Below are positions 19,344 to 29,847 of a DNA stretch of 64,000 nt, one piece after another. The notes under the pieces are model-generated. The model was not told the origin of the DNA and made no database searches. It worked only from the letters and a program-made list of their open reading frames with translations. The stretch spans positions 1-64,000 of the IMG/VR virus record IMGVR_UViG_3300018080_006015; one strand, written 5' to 3'. The position numbers and the translations under genes are program-made. Each line of letters opens with the position of its first letter. Within the stretch, counting starts at the first letter, position 1. The stretch is from a virus.

Positions 19344-21518
19344 ATGGTTGAAATTAGCGCAAAAGAGCTTGGTGCTTATATAGAAAATAAAAGAAGCTGT
19401 AGGATTTCTGAGTTTGGCTGTAGATTGCAGGCCCGTCATGGAATGCTTGTGTTAAATCTGTCTGATTTTGGGGATGTAATATCATATAAGATATGTGCAA
19501 GGCGATGTTCTGGTAATGGTGCGATATCTGTTAGTGGTTCTAAAGATGAAGTTATTGTAGCTTCAAAGGTATCACAATTAATAGATGTTGATGTGGATCA
19601 AAATAGTCGGATACACCTTGTAAGACCAAAAACATCAACCGGAGATATAGATATATATGGTGTTGTATTAGATATAGAAGACGAAACAGATATTAAAGGC
19701 GAAAATGTGATTAATAAGTGGAAATTATTAATATCTAAGTGTAGCAAGCATAACGGTTTGAGATTGGCCAGAGAAAAATTGTTTGCATCGGAAGGTGCTT
19801 TTATAGATTACAATGGTGTTATTGCATTAAAAACAAAGCCAGAAAATTCATATATTGTTGAAAACAATCGTGTTCGATTTATAGGTCCTTGTGAGATTAG
19901 AGATATTATATTTAAAGACAGTGCAAAAAGACCTCCTGTTACTAAGCAGCAAAATGTACCAATGTTTGCGGCTAGAAATGTACCAGCCCCAGCTGCGATA
20001 CCAGAGGCAAATGATTCTACGGCAGCAGATCTTGCCAGATATGATATAACAAAATATAAGGCTGAAATTCCAATAACAATAGATTCAGCACAGTCAGATT
20101 TGGCACAATATGTATCTTATGATTCCGATGCTGTTGGAGGGTTTGATAAATTTAAGGCCAGTCGCACAAAAATGGTAAAGCATATTCATAGCAATGGAAA
20201 AGACTATGTTTTACTTAAAAGTGGAAGTTCTTGCACTATACCATTATCACCACTTGAAGCCGATACAAGTTATATTTGCATTGTAAATTCTAAAAAAATA
20301 GGGGGCAATGGCAAGATCTTTTTTGGTTTTGTTGCAGATGAGGCAACTCCAAAAGAAATTAAAAATATAATAGCAGATGATCGACTATCTGATAAATACA
20401 TATCTATAAAAACCGGCAAAAAAGCATTTAATAAGCCACATAAACTTTATATATCCATGCCAAAAGAACATTGCTCTGGTGATGTTCTTATTGGTCGTGT
20501 ATTAATTGTTAAGGATATTCATAAAGAAAAAATAGATCCAAGAAAACCAATATCTATTATTGATTCTAGTGGTATATGTGGCCTTCCTCCTGTATATAGC
20601 ATAACTGAAGATTTAGAGATTAATGATAACGCATATAAACTTTCCAAAATGTATTCTAGATATCCATTTACTGCATCTGTAAATGAGAAATACGAAGATA
20701 TCAGCGGGAACATTTCGGCAACAACAGTTTCTGGAATGCGGTGGATTAGTAAAATAGGTGGATTTTTCCCAAACTTAAAAATTATAGATAGTAGAAATGA
20801 TTTTATTAATAACAAGCTTTTAATTTGTAAGGCCGGAGCTGTTAGACCCGCAGATCGAGTGTGGATAGACGTTTTTGATGAAGATAGCTTTTCAGATGAT
20901 GATGTGAAAATTTTAAAAGAATGTAAAATGATTTTTAGCCCATCATTATCGAATGTGCAATTTTTAGAAAATGCGTGTCCAAATGTAACTGTTCATTTAT
21001 CACACCGACCATTACCGGCCGTTCCATTTAGAAAGTCTGCATTTTTTACTAACAAAAATTTCGCATTGACATTTAATAGGAATGATAAAATTACCAAAAT
21101 GTTAATAGATGTGTGGGATCAAAACTGGCCACAACTGGCTGTTGTTGGTGCTCGCGGCATGTATCCTGAAAATGTTATTGCCATAAACGAGTATTTGCCA
21201 TATGAAGAATTGTTATTTATATTTTCAAAGGCAAAATTTATTATTGATATACCTTTAGAACATGATTATCATTCATCATTTTTAAGTTTTGCGTGTATTA
21301 TGGGAGTGCCTGTAGTTAGTTCTAATTGGTTTGTGATGGATAAGAAAAATTGCGAGTATATGTTGCGCGATGGTAATGTGGATAATATTAAGGTTCCATC
21401 AGCAGATACTATTAAATCTGGTATAAATTCAATATTGCGCGTGAAAAGTAATTGTAAAGTTGATTATAAGTTAAACCAAGATATGAAAAAATGTATCAGC
21501 GCCTTCTATTCTGCCTGA
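19344..21518 (+). CDS. Large hypothetical protein; C-terminal degenerate GT-B-like domain
   Basis: 724 aa. C-terminal FSKAKFII...ACIMGVPVVSSN resembles the GT4 EA..G.PVV.S region without the conserved Glu residues. Confidence 0.45.
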   Translation: MVEISAKELGAYIENKRSCRISEFGCRLQARHGMLVLNLSDFGDVISYKICARRCSGNGAISVSGSKDEVIVASKVSQLIDVDVDQNSRIHLVRPKTSTGDIDIYGVVLDIEDETDIKGENVINKWKLLISKCSKHNGLRLAREKLFASEGAFIDYNGVIALKTKPENSYIVENNRVRFIGPCEIRDIIFKDSAKRPPVTKQQNVPMFAARNVPAPAAIPEANDSTAADLARYDITKYKAEIPITIDSAQSDLAQYVSYDSDAVGGFDKFKASRTKMVKHIHSNGKDYVLLKSGSSCTIPLSPLEADTSYICIVNSKKIGGNGKIFFGFVADEATPKEIKNIIADDRLSDKYISIKTGKKAFNKPHKLYISMPKEHCSGDVLIGRVLIVKDIHKEKIDPRKPISIIDSSGICGLPPVYSITEDLEINDNAYKLSKMYSRYPFTASVNEKYEDISGNISATTVSGMRWISKIGGFFPNLKIIDSRNDFINNKLLICKAGAVRPADRVWIDVFDEDSFSDDDVKILKECKMIFSPSLSNVQFLENACPNVTVHLSHRPLPAVPFRKSAFFTNKNFALTFNRNDKITKMLIDVWDQNWPQLAVVGARGMYPENVIAINEYLPYEELLFIFSKAKFIIDIPLEHDYHSSFLSFACIMGVPVVSSNWFVMDKKNCEYMLRDGNVDNIKVPSADTIKSGINSILRVKSNCKVDYKLNQDMKKCISAFYSA

Positions 21519-22456
21519 CCCCTATAAAACGTATTGATCATTGTTCTCCACATTCTTTTATATGATATGTGATGATATAATGCTTGTGGTATCATTATTT
21601 TATTTTTTAATTTTTGTAAATAACGTTCATATTCATTTTCTGAATATGATTTGATACGTTCCATTAACTTTGGGCCCAAAATATTATATTCTTTTCCATC
21701 TCTTTTTGTGAAATTTCGCAGATCTATATAAGATTGACTTGGGAAGCTAAAAGCATCTATATTGTAGCATCCCATATAGAGTGGAACAGCTCCGCCCTTC
21801 CATACTTCCGGTAATTTTTCTGTAAAATAGTTGAACGAATATGCTGGGTGATAACAATTTTCAGTACATATAGAGAATTTTACTTGACGCAAAATGTCAT
21901 GTTTTGATCTTATGGGGCCTTTGTAATATGGTCTTTTTAATTTAAAATGGCCATACCATGATATTTTATATTTTGATTGTTGTTTGCTTAGAAAGTCAGC
22001 CAATTGTAATCTTAATGAATATAGTTCTGAATTGTGTGTAGATGATTTGTTATTTGCGATAAATACGATTTCGTTTTTTCTTTGCTTCCAAGGAACCCAC
22101 CCTTTGCCAACCTTTTCCCGTTCGATTCCTAAACAGCTTGGGTGGTTTATTTCTATGACGCGCTTTTTTATTCTGTGATTAGTTATGGCTTTAGTAGCCC
22201 AAGTAAAAATATATTTAAATCTTTTTAGAAATGGAATATTGTAATCTTTGGGCAATACGCAAAATGGTTCTAATACTAAAATGTTATCTCCTGGCTTTGG
22301 ATCTCTAATCGAATACCAACCCATTCCAATATTGATTTTTTGTGGATGCTTTTTTTTGCTGTGCCAGATTTCTCCATGTTCGTTTTCAAATATTTTGCGA
22401 TCTGGCCCTGGTTGGGGGGCATATACTATATTTAGATTTACTCGGTTATTTACCAT
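21506..22456 (-). CDS. Glycosyltransferase family 10 (alpha-1,3-fucosyltransferase-like)
   Basis: KFSICTEN...YFTEKL...GAVPLYMG is the GT10 fucosyltransferase motif. Start placed at MVNNRV. Confidence 0.82.
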   Translation of the reverse strand: MVNNRVNLNIVYAPQPGPDRKIFENEHGEIWHSKKKHPQKINIGMGWYSIRDPKPGDNILVLEPFCVLPKDYNIPFLKRFKYIFTWATKAITNHRIKKRVIEINHPSCLGIEREKVGKGWVPWKQRKNEIVFIANNKSSTHNSELYSLRLQLADFLSKQQSKYKISWYGHFKLKRPYYKGPIRSKHDILRQVKFSICTENCYHPAYSFNYFTEKLPEVWKGGAVPLYMGCYNIDAFSFPSQSYIDLRNFTKRDGKEYNILGPKLMERIKSYSENEYERYLQKLKNKIMIPQALYHHISYKRMWRTMINTFYRGQAE

Positions 22457-22538
22457 ATTTTCCGTATATATATTTAATAGTATTCGAGTGATTTTTTGTT
22501 CGTATATTCTGATATATAACAAATAAAAAGAGGGTTAT

Positions 22539-23273
22539 ATGAAGAAATTTGTTATAGTCATTCCAAGTTATAAAAATAGTTGTTGGTACAAGAGAAATTT
22601 ATCTTCTGTTTTATCTCAAAATTATGATAAATTTAGGGCCATTTATGTAGATGACAAGTCTCCGGATAATACGGGAAATTTAGTAGAAGAATTTTTATCT
22701 GCGCAAGATAAAAAAGGTTTGTTTAAATTAATTAAGAACCAAACTAGAGTTGGTGCGATGAAAAATCTGTATGATATGATTCATTCGTGTGATGATGATG
22801 AAATAATTGTAACATTAGATGGTGATGATTGGTTGGCGCACCCAAATGTATTAAATAAATTAAATAAAGTATATTCTGACGAAGATGTTTGGATGACATA
22901 TGGTTCGTATCAAGATCATCCAAACAATTCTAGGGGCTGTTGTAGACCATTTGAACCGATGGTGGTACAACAGAATGTATTTCGTAGGGCGCAATGGAGA
23001 GCATCACATTTAAGGACGTTTTATAAATGGCTATTTGCAAAGATTCGGCAGGAAGATTTTTATGATCCAGATGGTAAATGGTTAGACATGGCTTGGGATT
23101 TAAGTTTTATGATCCCAATGCTTGAAATGTCTGGTCCACATTATCGTTATATACATGATATTCTTTACATTTACAATAATGAGAATCCTATTTCAGATTA
23201 TAAAGTCAATATAAAACGACAAGGGTTTCTAGATCATTTTATAAGAACAAAACCTACCTATAAAAGGCTATAA
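22539..23273 (+). CDS. Glycosyltransferase family 2
   Basis: IVIPSY, SVLSQNY, VDDKSPDNT, LDGDDWL. Confidence 0.9.
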   Translation: MKKFVIVIPSYKNSCWYKRNLSSVLSQNYDKFRAIYVDDKSPDNTGNLVEEFLSAQDKKGLFKLIKNQTRVGAMKNLYDMIHSCDDDEIIVTLDGDDWLAHPNVLNKLNKVYSDEDVWMTYGSYQDHPNNSRGCCRPFEPMVVQQNVFRRAQWRASHLRTFYKWLFAKIRQEDFYDPDGKWLDMAWDLSFMIPMLEMSGPHYRYIHDILYIYNNENPISDYKVNIKRQGFLDHFIRTKPTYKRL

Positions 23274-23310
23274 TAATATCAGCCATAAGCATATGTGTTT
23301 GGAGTAGTGA

Positions 23311-24051
23311 ATGTCTATAACTTTTTTGCAATTAGGAAATTATGGTCGAATTGGAAATTCATTATTTCAAGCCGCAACAACTATTTCTCATGCTTTATCT
23401 AACAATACCGATTATATATTTCCAAAATGTCCATTATTAGAATGTTTTGTAAATATTCCAAGAAATAAATTTGTTGATATAAATGAAATTTGTAGTTCTT
23501 TTACGTATGAAGAGCCTCATTTTCATTATTCTAAAATACCATTTAAATCTAATATGAATTTACATGGGTATTTTCAAAGTGAGAAGTATTTTAAAGATTA
23601 TACAGATTTAATTAGAGAAACATTATGTCCAAGATATGATGGGCGAATCAAACCTGGTGTTGCAAGTATACATGTAAGGCGAGGGGATTATATTCAGCCA
23701 CATCTTAGTGGGTGTTATAATATATTGGGAATGGATTATTACACAAAAGCTATGGAGATTATAAAGGCACGAAAATATTTGGTTTTTTCTGATGATATTA
23801 TGTGGTGTAAAAAGAATTTTGTTGGAGATAAGTTTACTTTTGTAGAGAATGATAAAGATTATATAGATTTATATATTATGAGCAAATGCGAAAATAATAT
23901 AATAGCAAATTCTTCTTTTTCTTGGTGGGCAGCCTGGTTAAATAAAAACCCAAGTAAGACGGTAATAGCTCCAAAGAAATGGTTTGGTCCAAAATTATCG
24001 CCAACACATAATACGTCTGATTTAATTCCTAAAGGGTGGGTATTGTTATAG
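23311..24051 (+). CDS. Glycosyltransferase family 11 (alpha-1,2-fucosyltransferase-like)
   Basis: GRIGN.LFQ, GYFQSEKYF, SIHVRRGDY, FSDD, IIANSSFSWWAAWL. Confidence 0.92.
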   Translation: MSITFLQLGNYGRIGNSLFQAATTISHALSNNTDYIFPKCPLLECFVNIPRNKFVDINEICSSFTYEEPHFHYSKIPFKSNMNLHGYFQSEKYFKDYTDLIRETLCPRYDGRIKPGVASIHVRRGDYIQPHLSGCYNILGMDYYTKAMEIIKARKYLVFSDDIMWCKKNFVGDKFTFVENDKDYIDLYIMSKCENNIIANSSFSWWAAWLNKNPSKTVIAPKKWFGPKLSPTHNTSDLIPKGWVLL

Positions 24052-24090
24052 TGTTTTCTGGTAAAATATGGAATACAACCACATTAAGAT

Positions 24091-25170
24091 ATGGGAAAAA
24101 AGAGAATAGATAGAGATTTAGTAGTAAAAACATATAAAAAGCTTGGCAGGGTGAAATTAACTGCAGAACACCTATCAATAAGTGTACGTAGTGTTTCAAA
24201 TATATTAAAAGAGCGAAATATTCCATCAGTACCAAGAAATTTACGAAATAAAAAATATGAAATAAACTGTAATTTTTTCAAAAATATAGACACACAAGAA
24301 AAGGCGTATATTTTAGGATTTTTATATGGTGATGGTTGTATAATTCAACATAAAAGTAAAAAATATTCTATGTCATTGGAAATAAAATCGGAAGATGCAT
24401 ATATTTTAGACGAAATGAAAAAACATATGGAAAGCACACATCCATTATATTACAGAAAGCGAAATAAAAAATGGAGTGAAACGGCAACGCTTGTAATAAC
24501 TAATCAAAAAATGTGTAATGATCTAATTAAGCATGGCATGCATGTTAGAAAGAGTTTTGACCTGGAATTTCCACATAAGATGAACCAGCTTTTATATTCA
24601 CATTTTATAAGAGGATTGTCAGATAGTGATGCTTATATAGGTATTGATAAAAAAAATAGAGCTACCTGGAATTTTATAGGAACGTCAGAAATTTGTCATT
24701 CTATTAAAACAATTTTATTAGAACAAAATATTTCGACACGCTTAAAAGTTGTAAATCGTTATTCTAGACCATTAATGAGGGTGGTTTGTACGCGAAAAAG
24801 TGACATAATAAAGTTATATAAATTTTTGTATAATGAATCTACAATACATTTAACAAGGAAATATGATATATTTTCTAATGTAAAATATAAACCAAGACCA
24901 GATATGTCAGGAAAAAATAATCCGTTTTATGGGCGTAAACATACAATGGAGGCAAAATTAAAAAACCGCTTAGCTCATCTTGGTAAAATATATAAAAAAT
25001 CTAATGTTGATGTAACTGGAGAAAATAATCCCAATTCAAAACTTACAAAAGAACAAGTAATATATATAAGAAATAATAATATAGACACAAAAGAACTTGT
25101 GGGATTGTTTGGGGTCAATGCAAGCACTATAAACAGAGTTAAAAATGGCTCAACTTGGTGTTGTATATAG
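24091..25170 (+). CDS. Free-standing LAGLIDADG homing endonuclease with NUMOD3 and HTH modules
   Basis: KAYILGFLYGDG and HFIRGLSDSDA motifs; GKNNPFYGRKHT (NUMOD3); GENNPNSKLT followed by a C-terminal HTH. Confidence 0.85.
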   Translation: MGKKRIDRDLVVKTYKKLGRVKLTAEHLSISVRSVSNILKERNIPSVPRNLRNKKYEINCNFFKNIDTQEKAYILGFLYGDGCIIQHKSKKYSMSLEIKSEDAYILDEMKKHMESTHPLYYRKRNKKWSETATLVITNQKMCNDLIKHGMHVRKSFDLEFPHKMNQLLYSHFIRGLSDSDAYIGIDKKNRATWNFIGTSEICHSIKTILLEQNISTRLKVVNRYSRPLMRVVCTRKSDIIKLYKFLYNESTIHLTRKYDIFSNVKYKPRPDMSGKNNPFYGRKHTMEAKLKNRLAHLGKIYKKSNVDVTGENNPNSKLTKEQVIYIRNNNIDTKELVGLFGVNASTINRVKNGSTWCCI

Positions 25171-25206
25171 GCGAAATTATTGATATTTTAGCGTTATAGA
25201 GAAATT

Positions 25207-26199
25207 ATGATAAAAGTTTTATTCTTACCTCTTAATTATGGCGAAGTGATTCAACGTGGCGTTTATGATGCTTTCGAACAGGCCGGGTGTGAATTGCAAG
25301 TATTTGATTATTTTGCTGTTTATCATAATCGCAGAAAAAACATAAGGGCTACCAGAAGTGAGTTAATTAAAAGGGCATCAGAGTTTAGGCCAGATTTAAT
25401 ACATATGCAAATTCAGCATACAACAATTATTGATGCCGGAACTATACGTGAGCTGAAGAGATTATTGCCGAATTCTATTGTTACAAATTGGACAGGCGAT
25501 GTTAGAAATTACGTGCCAAAATCTTTTAAAAATATTGCTCAAATTGCTGATTATAATTTAATATCATCTACTGGCCAACTGGAAATGTTCAAAAAACAAA
25601 TAAAAGGAAGACATGTTGGTTATTGGCAAATTGGGTATGATCCTAAATTGTATCATCCGTCATATGAACCGCCTTTAAATTTTGATTATGATATAGTTTT
25701 TATTGCCAATAATAATGTAAAAGAGGGTTATCCGGGGCGACCAGAGAGAGAGAAAGTTTGTCGATTATTGAGAAAAGCATTTGACAGACGATTTGGATTG
25801 TTTGGATCTGGTTGGCCCCGAAATTTTCGTTCAAGCGGAAGTGTAGATCAGAAAAGGGTAGCAAAATTTTATCATAAAAGTTGCTGTCTTTTAAGTGTAA
25901 GTCATTATAATAACTTGTCACATTATTTTTCTGATCGTCTTTTGATGTGTCTTGCGAGTGGTAGGCCGACAATATCTTTAAAATTTCCTAATTGGCAATC
26001 TTATTTTACAAACAACTGTGATTTGGTTATAGCAAATTCTATCGAGGACATAGTAACAAAAACAAAACACATGTTACAGAATCCAGATTTGGCAAATTAT
26101 ATTGGCAAATCGGGTGCAGAAAAAGTATTTGCGGAACATACTTATTTGAGTAGGATCAAAGAATTACTAGATATGGTTGGTTTGTCAGGTAGAATATAG
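25207..26199 (+). CDS. CgeB-like glycosyltransferase (GT-B)
   Basis: GYDPKLYHP, DIVFIA, FGSGW, YFSDRL..CLASG, AEHTY..RI. Confidence 0.8.
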   Translation: MIKVLFLPLNYGEVIQRGVYDAFEQAGCELQVFDYFAVYHNRRKNIRATRSELIKRASEFRPDLIHMQIQHTTIIDAGTIRELKRLLPNSIVTNWTGDVRNYVPKSFKNIAQIADYNLISSTGQLEMFKKQIKGRHVGYWQIGYDPKLYHPSYEPPLNFDYDIVFIANNNVKEGYPGRPEREKVCRLLRKAFDRRFGLFGSGWPRNFRSSGSVDQKRVAKFYHKSCCLLSVSHYNNLSHYFSDRLLMCLASGRPTISLKFPNWQSYFTNNCDLVIANSIEDIVTKTKHMLQNPDLANYIGKSGAEKVFAEHTYLSRIKELLDMVGLSGRI

Positions 26200-26207
26200 G
26201 TAATTTT

Positions 26208-26951
26208 ATGATTATAGGTGAAAATTTTGTTTTTATTCATAACCCACATACCGGCGGGGCGTTTATTAGATCTGCGTTTCGTGAGGCGTTGCCATCTGCA
26301 TTTTCTATGAAGTTGGAGGATTGGCATAAGCCTATAGATAGCTTACAGATAAAATATAGGGATAAGATAAAGTTTGGTATGGTTCGAAATCCTTGGGCCT
26401 GGTATGTTTCTTTTTATTTGCACCAACAGCCAAACGGTCAGTTTCTTAGATTATTTTTGGACGGAAAAAGCAATGAATTTTCTAGATTTTTGAGCAATAT
26501 GCTATCTACAAATTTTATAAAAAAGCGAATTGATAGCAAGTTTCATCCTGTGGGAAATCCTTATTTGCCGGTAGGGGTTCCAAAATTTAAGTATATGCAT
26601 AGCTTAGATGTTGGATTTTTCAGTTATCGGTATATTTATATGTTTTGTTTTAATTATAAAGAAATATTTAACGAAGAAAACAAAACAAATATTATAAGAA
26701 ATCATGATAAGTGGTTATCTTTGGATGTTGTTGGAAAAACAGAAAATCTTGTTGCTGATTTGTCTAATTTTTGTATTAAATACAAATTACCGGTTAATAA
26801 AAAACATATGAGTAAATGGCATAAAAGGCCAAAAGAAAATAGTTATACGAAAAAGCCTTATACAAAATATTATAACTCTGATTTGATTAGGCTTGTGGAA
26901 CAAAAAGATAGAATGATAATAAAAAAATATGGGTACAAATATGGCTCATAA
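26208..26951 (+). CDS. Sulfotransferase-like protein (Sulfotransfer_2 type)
   Basis: FVFIHNPHTGG (cf. HIPKTGG), VRNPW..VS.Y, VGKTENL, Y..YY C-terminus. Confidence 0.75.
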   Translation: MIIGENFVFIHNPHTGGAFIRSAFREALPSAFSMKLEDWHKPIDSLQIKYRDKIKFGMVRNPWAWYVSFYLHQQPNGQFLRLFLDGKSNEFSRFLSNMLSTNFIKKRIDSKFHPVGNPYLPVGVPKFKYMHSLDVGFFSYRYIYMFCFNYKEIFNEENKTNIIRNHDKWLSLDVVGKTENLVADLSNFCIKYKLPVNKKHMSKWHKRPKENSYTKKPYTKYYNSDLIRLVEQKDRMIIKKYGYKYGS

Positions 26952-27918
26952 TGTTCACAAAAACAAATTAGTACCACCTGGTCAATCTTACAAATTACCC
27001 ACCCTTTTAGTTTCGTCTGTACATCGATCTTCTAAGCAGTCGCAGGCTCATGGTGGTGTTTATTTGGTGAATTTGAATACTGGTAAGTATAAAAATTTGT
27101 TTTTAGCTAAGCATGATGTTAGTTTACATGGGCGTGGTGGTGAGCGTGGTTTTCGTGGAATAGCATTTTGGAAAGGTAAAACATATTTGGGATTGCATGA
27201 CGGTGTTCAAATATATAATCAAAAGTTTAAGCATATAGATACAATTAGACAGGATAATTATCTGGGAAGTGTTCATGAAATTTGTATTTTTCAGGGAACA
27301 TTATATGTGGTTTCTACAAATTACGATTCGATTATTGCATTTAATTTACAAAACAATAAAATGATTAATTGTATGACAATAAAACATAAAAATAAGAATC
27401 AGTTTTTTTTATGTAAAAAAAATAATCCACCGATAAAAGCTGATTCACTACATATAAACAATGTATATGCAGATAATCGTGGGGTATTTTGCTCTGGTAC
27501 TAATTTTTCGTCACTTTTGCAAATAAAAAACAATGTACTTAAAGTGTTTTCTAGGGTTTTACCAGGAACACATAATTGTCGTCCTTATATGAATGATAAA
27601 ATTATTTGTAATGATACTCAAAGAGGGCGTTTAGCTATTCTTTCGATTGGTGGACGTTGTGATAAATATGTAAATGTTAGACGAATAGGCCATAACCAAA
27701 TGGTTGGTGCAGATCGTTCTGAGAAAATAGCCAGACAACCATTTGCAAGGGGATTAACATTTGATGATCGGGTAATTATTGGAGGATCTTCGCCGGATAT
27801 GATTTCTGTATATAATAAAAATGATTTATCTCATATTAAAACAATAAATTTGTCCATGAATATTACACATTGTATTCATGGATTAGAGATTTATCCATAT
27901 CAGCAAGACGTGGTGTAA
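26941..27918 (+). CDS. Beta-propeller protein (TIGR03032/DUF4915-like)
   Basis: Repeated blades GFRGIAF, VHEI, LHINNV, THN, FARGL; flanked by sulfotransferase-like genes. Confidence 0.55.
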   Translation: MAHNVHKNKLVPPGQSYKLPTLLVSSVHRSSKQSQAHGGVYLVNLNTGKYKNLFLAKHDVSLHGRGGERGFRGIAFWKGKTYLGLHDGVQIYNQKFKHIDTIRQDNYLGSVHEICIFQGTLYVVSTNYDSIIAFNLQNNKMINCMTIKHKNKNQFFLCKKNNPPIKADSLHINNVYADNRGVFCSGTNFSSLLQIKNNVLKVFSRVLPGTHNCRPYMNDKIICNDTQRGRLAILSIGGRCDKYVNVRRIGHNQMVGADRSEKIARQPFARGLTFDDRVIIGGSSPDMISVYNKNDLSHIKTINLSMNITHCIHGLEIYPYQQDVV

Positions 27919-27919
27919 T

Positions 27920-28717
27920 ATGAGTAAGATTTCCAGATTATTTTTCTGTATAAATTCTGGTCGTTCTGGATCACATTATCTTCAAAAGTTGTTAAGCACT
28001 TCTCCAGAAATAGCATCTTTTGGTGAACAAGCGCCAACAATGAGCGGAAAATATTTACATGCAGTTAATAAATATCCTTATTCTGTCTCTTATGATGATA
28101 GAAAAATAAAAACAGATAAGATAGAAAACATTATTACAAACCTACCCAAATCAAAACTTGTTTATAGTGAAACAAATCATATGTTTATAAAAACGTTTTT
28201 TGATGTGGTTATTGACCATTTTGGACCAAAAGTAGAAGTTATTATTTTACGAAGGAATTTAGCAAATACATTAAAAAGCTTTATAGAGCTAGATTATTTG
28301 GGAAAAAATCACGTGTCTTATGATTGGATGGTTAACACAGATTCTCCCACGGCGGCTACAAGGGCTTTGGGTAAATTCAAGCAGATGAGTCATTATAATC
28401 GTTGTATTGCTTATTTGTTAGATATTGAGGCTAGAGCGTTGCGTTTCCAAAAAGATTATCCTAACATAAAAACACACGAAGTAAGAGTTGAAAATCTTAA
28501 CGACGTTAAAAATGTTAAAATATTTTTTAAACAATTAGGCATCTCATACACAAAGGAAACACAATCTGTATTAGGAAACGCCGTTAATACAAGACAAAGT
28601 AGAAAAAAACATTTTAATAACATAACAACAGTAGATCTTTGTGCGAAAAAATGCAGACAATATATTAATCGCGCTAAAGTTGCTGGAATTGATGTTCCAA
28701 ATGTTAAGATTATTTAA
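27920..28717 (+). CDS. Sulfotransferase-like protein
   Basis: INSGRSGSHYL PAPS-loop-like motif; IILRRN..TLKS. Confidence 0.65.
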   Translation: MSKISRLFFCINSGRSGSHYLQKLLSTSPEIASFGEQAPTMSGKYLHAVNKYPYSVSYDDRKIKTDKIENIITNLPKSKLVYSETNHMFIKTFFDVVIDHFGPKVEVIILRRNLANTLKSFIELDYLGKNHVSYDWMVNTDSPTAATRALGKFKQMSHYNRCIAYLLDIEARALRFQKDYPNIKTHEVRVENLNDVKNVKIFFKQLGISYTKETQSVLGNAVNTRQSRKKHFNNITTVDLCAKKCRQYINRAKVAGIDVPNVKII

Positions 28718-28809
28718 TTGTAGGGACATTATATTATCTGATCAATTTTTGGTTGAGTAATTGTTGTTGTAATATTAAAATGTAAAAGAATTTAATATAA
28801 GGCTTTATA

Positions 28810-29847
28810 ATGATTAATTTTTTGGCAAATAAAAAGTTAGATTATGCAAGAATACAAGATATTTTGTCTGTTTCAGAATCAAAAAACCATTATACAAACG
28901 ATGGTCCCGTAAAACGATTATTAGAAAAAAAATTAGAAGAAATATTAGAAATAGACGAAGACAAATGTGTTGTTTGCGTGAGTAATGGAACTACAGCGCT
29001 ACATACATTGATGTTTTTATGTGAAGAATATTTGGATGTAAATTCTTGGGTTGTGCCTGCATTTACTTTTCCATCACCTGTTGTTGGAACTGGGTGCAAT
29101 GTTTCAATTTTAGATATCGAATATGATACATATACATTAGATTTTGACCAAAATAAATTACACAAATTTGATGGGATAGTATTAACAAATCTTTTTGGCT
29201 CATATGTCGACTTGTATAAGTGGCAAGCATATTGCGATGCAACTGGTAAAATACTAATTTTTGATAACGCTAGTTCTCCATTATCTAAGTGTAACGGGGT
29301 AAATATATGTAATTTTGGCGATTGTTCTTTTGGAAGTTTGCATCACACTAAATATTTGGGTTGCGGCGAGGGAGGTTTTGTTGTTGTTCCAAAGCAGTAT
29401 TATGATAAGGTGTTATCCATTGTAAATTTTGGTTTTTATTTTGATCGTAAGCATAAAAAATTATCTTCTAACTTTAAAATGTCTGACGTATCGGCGGCAT
29501 TTATATTGTGTCATATAGAAAACTATAACATAGATAAACATAAAGAAGTACAAAACAAATTAGTTAATATGATTAAAAGTATTGATGGTGTTAATTTGTT
29601 TAATTACAAGCCAGGAACAGTATATAATAATTTTCCGGTATTGTTCGATCAGCCTATAGGTACAGAAGCATTTGATAATAGTGGAATTGTAGTGCATAAA
29701 TATTATGAGCCGCTGAAGTCTTTGCCATTTTCGAATATGTTATTTGACCATATTATTAATTTCCCATTAAATAATGAGTTTGATGATAATAATATAGATT
29801 GCATAATAGATGCAATTGATGGTATTGTGGTGGGTGATAATGTATGA
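28810..29847 (+). CDS. DegT/DnrJ/EryC1/StrS family nucleotide-sugar aminotransferase
   Basis: SNGTTAL, PAFTF, SLHHTKYLGCGEGG (PLP lysine), NFKMSD. Confidence 0.92.
   Translation: MINFLANKKLDYARIQDILSVSESKNHYTNDGPVKRLLEKKLEEILEIDEDKCVVCVSNGTTALHTLMFLCEEYLDVNSWVVPAFTFPSPVVGTGCNVSILDIEYDTYTLDFDQNKLHKFDGIVLTNLFGSYVDLYKWQAYCDATGKILIFDNASSPLSKCNGVNICNFGDCSFGSLHHTKYLGCGEGGFVVVPKQYYDKVLSIVNFGFYFDRKHKKLSSNFKMSDVSAAFILCHIENYNIDKHKEVQNKLVNMIKSIDGVNLFNYKPGTVYNNFPVLFDQPIGTEAFDNSGIVVHKYYEPLKSLPFSNMLFDHIINFPLNNEFDDNNIDCIIDAIDGIVVGDNV

Noticed and set aside
24052-25206. Group I intron around the LAGLIDADG gene
   Set aside because: Both flanking genes appear complete, and the gaps (under 40 nt each) are too short for a ribozyme core.
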